Assembly (NCBI RefSeq): GCF_001899065.1
Contig: NZ_MKUZ01000029.1
Coordinates: forward strand, 13,503 to 37,502
Direction of reading: 5' to 3'
From: Devosia sp. 66-22
Lineage (GTDB): Bacteria > Pseudomonadota > Alphaproteobacteria > Rhizobiales > Devosiaceae
DNA: 24,000 nucleotides
This document shows positions 16,422 to 23,460 of the stretch, piece by piece. Each line of letters begins with the position of its first letter. Positions within the stretch are counted from its first letter, which is position 1. Under the pieces are notes generated by a model that saw only the letters and a list, made by a program, of their open reading frames with translations, had not been told where the DNA came from and did no database searches. The position numbers and the translations under genes are program-made.

Positions 16422-17954
16422 ATGCCGGACGGCTTGGAACGTCTGCGGTCGATCGTCGAGGATGCCAGCCTCAGCGTGGCGCAGAAGGCGCGGCAACTCG
16501 CCATTGCGGCTGACGACCTGCTGGCCTACCTGCCCCTCGAGGCGCAGACGCAGCGTGCGCTTGACGAACGGGTGATCTGCGACATGTACGAGGGCCATGC
16601 GCCCTATACGCCGCGATATGTGTTGGCCGACTTCTCGGTCGTGCTCCGCAGGGGGAGCGATCATCTGGAACTGCTGGCGCCCACGTCGCTCGCCGATGCG
16701 ATCCACACCCTTATGATCGCCTATCATCACGTCCCGTCCGTGACCGGAATGCCAGTCTATCTGGGGCAGCTAGACGAATTGCTTCTGCCCTTCTGCGACG
16801 ACGTCGGTGACGAGGAACTCTATGCCGAGATCAAGCGGTTGTGGCGCTACCTCGACCGCACACTGCCCGATGCCTTCATGCATGCCAACGTCGGTCCTTC
16901 GGACAATCGGGTGGCCAGGACCATCTTGCGGGTCGATGCCGAGCTCAAGCAGATCGCGCCGAACCTGACCCTGCTTTATGATCCCGAAGCCAGCGGTGAG
17001 GCCCTGCTGGCCCGCGCCATCGAGAACATCCTCGAGTGCTCAAAGCCCCACGTCGCCAATCATCCTTTGCACACGGCAGCTTTCGATGCGCGCGGCTACG
17101 GCATCGTTTCCTGCTATAATGCCCTACCCTTGGCGGGCGGCGCATCAACCCTTGTGCGGGTCAATCTCAAGAAGGTCGCCGAGCGGTCGCGTGACGCCCG
17201 CGAGTTCCTGGATACCATCCTGCCGAACTATGTGGGGTTGGCCTTTGACCTGATGCAGGCACGGATCGACTACCTGTTCGACCACTCCGGTTTCTTCCAG
17301 AGCTTCCTCGTCGAAGAAGGATGGATCGACAGAACGCGGTTTGCGGCAATGTTCGGGGTGTTCGGCATGGCCGAGGCGGTCAACACGCTCGAACGGAAGG
17401 CGGGGCGCTCCGCCCGTTACGGCAGCAATGGCGGTGCCGACGACCTCGGACACGCCATCTCGGCCCGGCTGGCCGAACTGGTGGCGGCGCAGCCGCTCGA
17501 CAATGTCTGGCGCGGTCGGGCGATGCTTCATTCCCAAGCGGGCCTCAGCACCGATTCGGAGACGACACCCGGGGTTCGTATCCCCTATGGCAGCGAGCCC
17601 GATCCCGTCACCCATATCAGGGCCCTGGCGCCCCATCACAAGTACTATCCCTCGGGGATCAGCGAGATCCTCACCCTGGAGGAGACCGTCAAGGGCAACC
17701 CGCAGGCCGTTCTTCAGCTCTGCAAGGCAGCCTTTGCGAGCGGCTTCCGCGAATTCACTGCCAATGTCGCCAACAATGACCTCGTCCGAGTGACCGGCTA
17801 CATGATCCGCCTGTCCGACGTGAAGCGGCACAACGAACTGAAGGTTTCGCGCACCAATACGACGGCGCTGGGCGCCGAGGCGGCGAGGCTGACCGGCATT
17901 CTGGCGCGCAAGCCGCGAGTCGTGGCTCATGAACTCGCCGCTGGCGACCGTTAG
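16422..17954 (+). CDS. yjjI: YjjI-family glycyl radical enzyme (510 aa)
   Basis: From the ATG at 16422 (GGAGGGAG upstream) the length and sequence pattern resemble E. coli YjjI. The glycyl-radical fingerprint ..LVRVTGYMIRLSD.. is present (Gly codon 17796-17798, about 50 residues from the C-terminus). A cognate activase follows. The track's 714-aa version (from 15810) is an antisense run-on through the AraC gene. Confidence 0.8.
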   Translation: MPDGLERLRSIVEDASLSVAQKARQLAIAADDLLAYLPLEAQTQRALDERVICDMYEGHAPYTPRYVLADFSVVLRRGSDHLELLAPTSLADAIHTLMIAYHHVPSVTGMPVYLGQLDELLLPFCDDVGDEELYAEIKRLWRYLDRTLPDAFMHANVGPSDNRVARTILRVDAELKQIAPNLTLLYDPEASGEALLARAIENILECSKPHVANHPLHTAAFDARGYGIVSCYNALPLAGGASTLVRVNLKKVAERSRDAREFLDTILPNYVGLAFDLMQARIDYLFDHSGFFQSFLVEEGWIDRTRFAAMFGVFGMAEAVNTLERKAGRSARYGSNGGADDLGHAISARLAELVAAQPLDNVWRGRAMLHSQAGLSTDSETTPGVRIPYGSEPDPVTHIRALAPHHKYYPSGISEILTLEETVKGNPQAVLQLCKAAFASGFREFTANVANNDLVRVTGYMIRLSDVKRHNELKVSRTNTTALGAEAARLTGILARKPRVVAHELAAGDR

Positions 17955-18795
17955 CAAGATCCTGACCTGGTCGTGTGTCGATGGCCCCGGCAACCGGCTG
18001 GTCATCTTCCTGCAGGGCTGCAACTTCGCCTGCCCCAGCTGCCACAATCCCCACACCATCGGTGTGTGCAATCACTGCGGCGATTGCATTCCGGCATGCC
18101 CGACCGATGCGCTGTCCTTGGTGGATGGCTTGATCGTCTTCGACGCCGATGCATGCAACAGTTGCGACGCCTGCCTCAGGGCCTGCCCGATCAGTGCTAG
18201 TCCGATGACGCATGTCTACACCGTAGAAGATATCCTCGCCCTGGTGCGGTCCAACAGAATCTTCCTCAACGGGATCACCGTCTCTGGCGGCGAAGCCACG
18301 CTGCAGCTCAAGTTCATCATAGCGCTGTTCTCGGCAATCAAGCAGGATCCGGAGCTTGCCGGCTTGACATGCTTCATCGACAGCAATGGACACTTGGGTG
18401 AACTGGCCTGGCAACGCGTCCTGCCGGTGACCGATGGCGTCATGCTCGACATCAAGGCTTTCGACAATGGCACGCACATGGCACTGACCGGCCGCTGCAA
18501 TCGGCGCAGCCTGGCGTCGGCGCGGTCACTCCACGCACACGGCAAGCTCTTCGAACTGCGCTACCTCATGATCCCCAGCCGCACCGACACCGATCTCGAG
18601 CTCGACCAGCTCGCGGAGTTTGCGAGCTCACTCGACCGGAGTCTTCGAGTCCGGCTGAATGCCTTTCAGCATCACGGCGTCCGCGGCGAAGCGCGTGAGT
18701 GGGAAAAGATGTCGCGCGCCGGAGTGGAAATGGCCGCCGAAAGGCTGCGAGCAGCCGGCCTGGCCAACGTCGTCACTCCGTCGGTCTGGATTTAG
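17929..18795 (+). CDS. yjjW: YjjW-family glycyl-radical-enzyme activating enzyme (radical SAM, with two extra 4Fe-4S motifs)
   Basis: N-terminus ..SCVDGPGNRLVIFLQGCNFACPSCHNP.. carries the CX3CX2C radical-SAM cluster (18019-18042). Ferredoxin-type motifs CNHCGDCIPACP and CNSCDACLRACP follow, as does the SAM-binding ..GITVSGGEATL... The gene overlaps yjjI by 26 nt. Confidence 0.88.
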   Translation: MNSPLATVSKILTWSCVDGPGNRLVIFLQGCNFACPSCHNPHTIGVCNHCGDCIPACPTDALSLVDGLIVFDADACNSCDACLRACPISASPMTHVYTVEDILALVRSNRIFLNGITVSGGEATLQLKFIIALFSAIKQDPELAGLTCFIDSNGHLGELAWQRVLPVTDGVMLDIKAFDNGTHMALTGRCNRRSLASARSLHAHGKLFELRYLMIPSRTDTDLELDQLAEFASSLDRSLRVRLNAFQHHGVRGEAREWEKMSRAGVEMAAERLRAAGLANVVTPSVWI

Positions 18796-18893
18796 CTGGC
18801 AGTGTGCTGAGGGTTCGGCAAATTGCAAATTCGCTGAGAGGGACTGAGAAGCTGGGGTTGTGAAGTCAACCAACCTTCACCGGAGCTCCCCGC

Positions 18894-19126
18894 ATGAACG
18901 TCCACAAGAATGCGCGTCGACCCCTCGTGGTCGAGTGCTTTTGGTTGGCGGGCATTCGCTAGGTGAGCAGCTGAGCATGCCAGCCAATCACCGACAACCA
19001 CGGCGAATGATGCTAACGGAGGTTGAGGCAACGCACCGCCGTTGTTGCCGCTTCCCGGAGCGTTGGGTATCCCCCCATCAACTGCCTCTCTGCTCTTCTA
19101 AACCGACCAAAGGTCACCCTGGGTAA
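18894..19126 (+). mobile_element. Degenerate, frameshifted remnant of an IS481-family transposase N-terminus
   Basis: The ATG at 18894 (GGAG upstream) encodes MNVHKNAR. After a +1 shift this continues as ..TPRGRVLLV.., matching the characteristic IS481-family start MN.HKNARLTP.GR..LV. Later weak echoes (..RF.., ..SSKP.. versus SSRPH) are seen before the remnant runs into the PilZ gene. No intact transposase and no inverted repeats were identified. Confidence 0.35.
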
Positions 19127-19361
19127 ACTTGACACCGATCTCGGCGCCCGAACAATGGACCATCTTGCATCGATACCGAGTGCCGTCGTCCAACGAGAGG
19201 ACGAAGTGGGGTGGGACGCCAATCACGGATTCCACTCGAAGCAATGCCCCGGTCGTTGAAAGATTTCTCACGATGCAGGTGATCGTTGAGCGTCCTTCGT
19301 TAAACACAATATGAGCACCTTTCAGGACACGCCGTCTAGCGCTGACCCTCCGCTCCTCCAT
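19098..19361 (-). CDS. Stand-alone PilZ-domain protein (putative c-di-GMP receptor), 87 aa
   Basis: Carries the canonical PilZ motifs RRVSARRR (RxxxR) and RNLSTTGA ([D/N]xSxxG) at the correct spacing: MEERRVSARRRVLKGAHIVFNEGRSTITCIVRNLSTTGALLRV... Confidence 0.8.
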   Translation of the reverse strand: MEERRVSARRRVLKGAHIVFNEGRSTITCIVRNLSTTGALLRVESVIGVPPHFVLSLDDGTRYRCKMVHCSGAEIGVKFTQGDLWSV

Positions 19362-19599
19362 GCGATTACCTCTCCAAGAATAATGCCCGAGACGCCATGG
19401 CCAGGCCGCTCAACGCCACTTATCGGCGACGCCTGAGGAAACTAGCGCCAAGCCCGGCTTTGGCGTCGGCATCTTCCTCTGGCTACGCCTCACCACTTGA
19501 TGGGCAATCACCAATTTGCAGCCGAGCGGGTGATTGAATCGTTGAGCTATCGCAAGTGAGCGGTAAGACGCACAGCTACTCAAGCATTACACACTCCCG

Positions 19600-20835
19600 T
19601 CAAGTGTTGCTCGCGGCAGCGAGGGGAAGATCGAAAAGACGCGCCCAGGCTGTGGTCGCAGCATGCTGGATGGCTACAATGTCGGTGCCGAAGGTCCACC
19701 ACCCGTTCGCCGGCGCGACCAGGACGTCGGGCGACCAGATTGCGGATTGCAGAACGGGCCAGACGAGCAACTGCTCGTAGCAGATCAGTGTCGCTACGCG
19801 GCTGCCTCGGACGGAAACGATTGGGTTGGCGAAGAAGTCGGCCCGCGCCCCGGCCGGCTCACCAAGCATGTTCAGCCACGGTTGCCACATTGAGACTGGA
19901 ACCGGCATGCGCTCCCGGTAACGCACCACGGCATCCTGCCATGACAGCTCGAGCATGACATTGTCGTAGCCAGTCGTGTCGACGATCACGGCACCGCCAT
20001 AGACGGTGACGTCGAGATTCTGCAGCGCACCCGCCCAGAGCCGCTCGATGGTCGATGTCCAAGCGCCCAACGCACTCTCCGGCAACACGATGACCGACGC
20101 TCCCGCCTTCGCCGCTTCCCGGACGCGATTGATGGTGTCGAGATGCTGCTGGAAGTTGGCATAGTCGCCATTGCTGCCGCCGAATTTCGTGTCGACGCCG
20201 ACCCAGCCTGGCGGCAGGACGGGCGCGGTCCAGTTCGCAACGGACCAGATCCAGAGACCTCCAAGTGTCAGGATCGCGATCGGCCGAAGTCTCGTCGTCA
20301 TGACGAGGAGGCCGATCGCTGCCGCCCCAAGCCCGAACCAGCCCCAGCGCGGAAACAAGATCCCTGCGGCGGTGATCGGGTGGGCCCAGCCCACGATACC
20401 GATCGGTGGCACGCTGAGCAGCACCGCGATGATTGCGTAGCGGATCAGCCGTCCCCTGCCCGACCGTGACGTCCACAGTAACGTGTGCGTGCCAACGAAC
20501 AGAACTGACGCCGCGATCCAGAGCGCGATGCCGGCTTCGAAGCCGGCGCCGTAGAAATTGCTGACGCCCTGCGGCAGACCGCGCGAGGCGGCAAGAAAAT
20601 AGCCCGCGGCGACAAGCGCAGCGCCGAGGCGCGTCGGTGCGAGCGCCCAGAGCGCCGGGAAGAGCATCGCGGCGGGCAACAGGCGCGGCTCGCCGCTCCA
20701 CGCGATCAGCCCGGTTCCGACTGCCGCGGTGACGAGCGCGGCCGACCGAACGAAATCAGGGACTGAAGACCAGGAGCGGGTGAGCCAGTCCAAGCACGCC
20801 GGCAGCTGGGATCGGCCCGAAATATCTCGAGTCAT
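19600..20835 (-). CDS. traB: Conjugal transfer protein TraB-like: polytopic N-terminal domain plus C-terminal Lnt/CN-hydrolase-like domain
   Basis: Follows traF, as in rhizobial traAFB operons. The N-half has about 6 TM segments. The C-half has ..ASVIVLPESALG.. and ..VATLICYEQL.., resembling the Glu and Cys motifs of apolipoprotein N-acyltransferase. The start is uncertain: ATG 20835 gives an 80-nt overlap with traF, and TTG 20793 is possible. Confidence 0.6.
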   Translation of the reverse strand: MTRDISGRSQLPACLDWLTRSWSSVPDFVRSAALVTAAVGTGLIAWSGEPRLLPAAMLFPALWALAPTRLGAALVAAGYFLAASRGLPQGVSNFYGAGFEAGIALWIAASVLFVGTHTLLWTSRSGRGRLIRYAIIAVLLSVPPIGIVGWAHPITAAGILFPRWGWFGLGAAAIGLLVMTTRLRPIAILTLGGLWIWSVANWTAPVLPPGWVGVDTKFGGSNGDYANFQQHLDTINRVREAAKAGASVIVLPESALGAWTSTIERLWAGALQNLDVTVYGGAVIVDTTGYDNVMLELSWQDAVVRYRERMPVPVSMWQPWLNMLGEPAGARADFFANPIVSVRGSRVATLICYEQLLVWPVLQSAIWSPDVLVAPANGWWTFGTDIVAIQHAATTAWARLFDLPLAAASNT

Positions 20836-21289
20836 AGGAACCTGCGAATCCTGAGAAGAGGAAGAGCTGACCATTCGGGACGATGCCGCCGGCGAAGGGT
20901 GCGAGCGCCCTGCCCGCGCCGTCGGTCGGGCGAACGGAAGAATGGGGGAGATGGACGCCGCCGACGGCAATATCGCCATCGACGACAACACGCTGACCGG
21001 CGACAGCGACCACCGTCTTGATCAGCGGCGAGAACCATCCCGGACATAGCCCGCGGCCGAGATAGCCACGGTCGCGCGCCAGCTCGAAGGCTGGATCCTG
21101 CGGCGGGCAGATGAAGATGCGATCGCCAACGCCAGGATCGTGTGCCAGCGGTTCGATGCGCCACAGGCCGAGCGGATAGCTCGGGGTGAGATTGACCCGC
21201 AGCCCCGAGATGAAGCCGATTCCGGCGAGGGTGGCGAGCAACACAAACGACGCGCTGACCATGACGACATGGCGGACACGAATGGTCAT
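20756..21289 (-). CDS. traF: Conjugative transfer signal peptidase TraF (S26 family)
   Basis: 177 aa with an N-terminal TM segment, ..VNLTPSYPLGLWRI.. (catalytic Ser motif of TraF-type peptidases), ..LIKTVVAVAGQRV.. (Lys motif) and ..GSYDSRYFGPI.. (S26 box E-like). Confidence 0.82.
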   Translation of the reverse strand: MTIRVRHVVMVSASFVLLATLAGIGFISGLRVNLTPSYPLGLWRIEPLAHDPGVGDRIFICPPQDPAFELARDRGYLGRGLCPGWFSPLIKTVVAVAGQRVVVDGDIAVGGVHLPHSSVRPTDGAGRALAPFAGGIVPNGQLFLFSGFAGSYDSRYFGPIPAAGVLGLAHPLLVFSP

Positions 21290-21362
21290 TTGAGGACCTG
21301 GCTCTGCCGCTGCGTTTGGCGCAGCGCTTCGGTCTGTTTGAGCGCCTCCACCGTGCGTTCAT
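21287..21362 (-). pseudogene. Possible 3'-terminal remnant (about 25 codons) of the gene upstream of traF (traA relaxase position in traAFB operons)
   Basis: The open frame ..HERTVEALKQTEALRQTQRQSQVLK* ends in a TGA that overlaps the traF ATG (ATGA), as expected for a coupled upstream gene. It is cut off at the junction with the MBL fragment. Identity as traA is inferred only from operon order. Confidence 0.25.
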
Positions 21363-21512
21363 GAGGATCTTCATGCCGGTGGCCGCGGCTGCGTCGACAT
21401 AGGGCGCGATGTCGCCGACCGGATCTACGACGGCACCCGAAGCCTTGCCTCCGCAGCCGAACAGATACGAGGCGGCGACCGGGTCGAAGTGAAGGAACTG
21501 GCGAAGGATCAT
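21363..21512 (-). pseudogene. 5' fragment (first about 50 codons) of an MBL-fold metallo-hydrolase (persulfide dioxygenase/Blh-like), truncated
   Basis: The ATG at 21512 encodes MILRQFLHFDPVAASYLFGCGGKASGAVVDPVGDIAPYVDAAAATGMKIL, a typical N-terminus for this family. The expected ..DTHxHADH.. zinc motif never follows. Instead the frame runs into unrelated Arg-rich sequence overlapping traF. Confidence 0.6.
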
Positions 21513-21563
21513 GACATGGTCTCCCGCCGAGCCCGCCCCTTGCGGATCGGGTTCGGATACGAT

Positions 21564-21583
21564 ATTCAACAATTACATTGAAT
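21564..21583. promoter_or_regulatory. Candidate ArsR/SmtB-type operator ATTCAA-N8-TTGAAT
   Basis: Inverted repeat in the AT-rich 88-bp divergent region between the MBL fragment and the ArsR-rhodanese gene, 18 nt upstream of the latter's ATG. It resembles the TATTCA/TGAATA-type arms of SmtB/ArsR-family operators. Confidence 0.4.
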
Positions 21584-21600
21584 GTTTTATTGTTGGCCCA

Positions 21601-22260
21601 ATGTCAAGCACCTCGCCAAAACTGGCCTTGTTCGAACAGTTTGCCCTGGTCGCCAAAGCGCTCGGCCATCCGCAGCGTCTCGAACTGATCGAGCAGCTCG
21701 GCCAGGGGCCGCGCCACGTCGACCTGCTGGCCGACAAGCTCGGCATTCCGATCGCCAACGTGTCTCAGCACCTGCAGGCGATGCGGCGGGCGGGACTGGT
21801 TGCCGCCGAACGGCAGGGCAAGTTCGTGATCTACCGATTGGCCGGTCCGGGCGTGCTGGAAGCGGTCGAGGCGATCCAACAGGTGGCCGAAGCCAATCTC
21901 GCCGAGGTGGAGAAGGTCGTCCGGGGTTATTTCGATCAGCGCGACAACCTTGAGCCGATATCCCGTGACGAGCTCAGCGCCCGCCTGCGCGATGGCACGG
22001 TAACGGTTCTCGACGTACGTCCGGCAGATGAGTATGCGCTCGGGCACGTACCGGGCGCGGTCAATATGCCGCTGGGCGAACTGGAAGCGCGATTGTCGAC
22101 CCTGGATCCCGCCCAGGAGGTCATCGCCTATTGCCGCGGACCTTACTGCGTCATGTCGTTCGAAGCCGTCGCCCGCCTGCGCCGGAAGGGATTTTCGGCG
22201 CGGCGCCTCGAGGACGGTATGCCCGAATGGGCAGCGGCCGGCCAACCCGTCGAGTCTTGA
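21601..22260 (+). CDS. ArsR/SmtB-family HTH regulator fused to a C-terminal rhodanese domain
   Basis: N-terminus ..ALGHPQRLELIEQLGQGPRHVDLLADKLGIPIANVSQHLQAMRRAGLVAAERQGKFVIYRL.. is an ArsR winged helix. C-terminus ..VTVLDVRPADEYALGHVPGAVNMP..VIAYCRGPYCVMS.. is a rhodanese domain with its active-site Cys loop. Confidence 0.85.
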   Translation: MSSTSPKLALFEQFALVAKALGHPQRLELIEQLGQGPRHVDLLADKLGIPIANVSQHLQAMRRAGLVAAERQGKFVIYRLAGPGVLEAVEAIQQVAEANLAEVEKVVRGYFDQRDNLEPISRDELSARLRDGTVTVLDVRPADEYALGHVPGAVNMPLGELEARLSTLDPAQEVIAYCRGPYCVMSFEAVARLRRKGFSARRLEDGMPEWAAAGQPVES

Positions 22261-22278
22261 CCCATCCGGAGTTTCCAA

Positions 22279-23460
22279 ATGCAACCCATGCATCGTCAGG
22301 TTCTATTGCTGGCTTCGGCGCAGGCCCTGTTCCAGACCGCATCGGTTCTGGTGATGACAGTTGGCAGCCTCGCCGGGGCCGTCCTGAGCCCGGCGCCGGA
22401 GTGGGCGACAGCGCCAATTGCCTCGATGTTCCTCGGCACCGCCCTTGGCACCGTGCCGGCGTCGATGTGGATGGCCCGCGTCGGCCGCAGGACAGGCTTC
22501 GTCGCCGGAGCTACGATCGGCGCGACAGGTGGCCTGTTGGCGGCACTGGGCATCTTCGGAGGGTCTCTGCTCCTTCTTTGTATTGGTACTTTGCTGGTTG
22601 GCGTCTACCAGGCCTTTGCGCAATTTTACCGCTTTGCCGCCTCGGAAGTGGCAGACGACGCATTCAGGCCGCGCGCCATCTCACTAGTGCTCGCAGGCGG
22701 CGTGGTGGCGGCGCTCGCCGGGCCTACATTGGCGCGGGTCGGCGGCGAATGGCTGCAGCCGATCTACAGTGGGTCGTTCCTGCTGCTCGCTATCGTCTCC
22801 ATGCTCTCAGCCGGCCTGCTGCTGGGACTCAAAGTCCCGGCCGCTGCGACCACTGGGGACAACGGTGCGACCGCCAGATCGATGGCGGCAATTGCCCGGC
22901 AGCCGACCTATCTGGTCGCACTGTTTGGCGCCGCGACGGGCTACGGCATCATGATCCTGGCGATGACGGCGACCCCCCTTGCCATGGTCCATCACCACCA
23001 TAGCCTTGCCGATGCTTCGATGGTTATCCAGTTGCACGTCCTCGGCATGTTTCTGCCTTCTTTCATCACCGGATCGCTCATCGCCCGGTTCGGCGTGCTT
23101 TCGGTGATGGGCGCCGGCATCGCAATATTGGCGGGGCACGTGTTGCTGACGTTGAGCGGAACCGGGTTCTACTCGTTTGCCGGTGCACTGATCCTGCTCG
23201 GGGTTGGCTGGAACTTCCTCTATGTGGGCGGCACCAATCTGCTGACGCGGACCTACACCGCGGCCGAGCGGGGCAAGGCTCAGGCCGCGAATGACTTCAC
23301 GATATTCATCGTTGGCCTCGTGGCCTCTCTCTCGGCCGGCCTGTTGCAGCAGGCCGTGGGCTGGCAGACCATGAATCTGATCCTGCTCCCCTGGCTGGCG
23401 CTCGCTGCCGTCGCGGTGCTATGGCTGGTGATCGGCCGCCCCCGTGCAGCAGAGGCCTGA
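22279..23460 (+). CDS. MFS transporter (12 TM), substrate unknown
   Basis: 393-aa polytopic ORF with the MFS loop 2-3 motif ..MARVGRRTGF... It starts 18 nt after the ArsR-rhodanese stop, with GGAG upstream, so it is probably co-transcribed. Confidence 0.8.
   Translation: MQPMHRQVLLLASAQALFQTASVLVMTVGSLAGAVLSPAPEWATAPIASMFLGTALGTVPASMWMARVGRRTGFVAGATIGATGGLLAALGIFGGSLLLLCIGTLLVGVYQAFAQFYRFAASEVADDAFRPRAISLVLAGGVVAALAGPTLARVGGEWLQPIYSGSFLLLAIVSMLSAGLLLGLKVPAAATTGDNGATARSMAAIARQPTYLVALFGAATGYGIMILAMTATPLAMVHHHHSLADASMVIQLHVLGMFLPSFITGSLIARFGVLSVMGAGIAILAGHVLLTLSGTGFYSFAGALILLGVGWNFLYVGGTNLLTRTYTAAERGKAQAANDFTIFIVGLVASLSAGLLQQAVGWQTMNLILLPWLALAAVAVLWLVIGRPRAAEA

Noticed and set aside
17145-18477. 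Minus-strand ORFs of 308 aa (17145-18071) and 240 aa (17755-18477)
   Set aside because: They are antisense to the yjjI and yjjW frames, which carry strong motifs. Their own translations have no motifs and biased composition.
19859-20701. 280-aa minus-strand ORF inside traB, and the 22131-23003(+) 290-aa ORF inside the ArsR/MFS genes
   Set aside because: These are alternative-frame shadows (Arg/Gly/Pro-rich) of better-supported membrane-protein frames.
22287-22295. 9-mer ATGCATCGT shared with the nsrR operator region (14610-14618)
   Set aside because: It lies inside the MFS coding start. A single shared 9-mer in 24 kb on both strands is within chance expectation.
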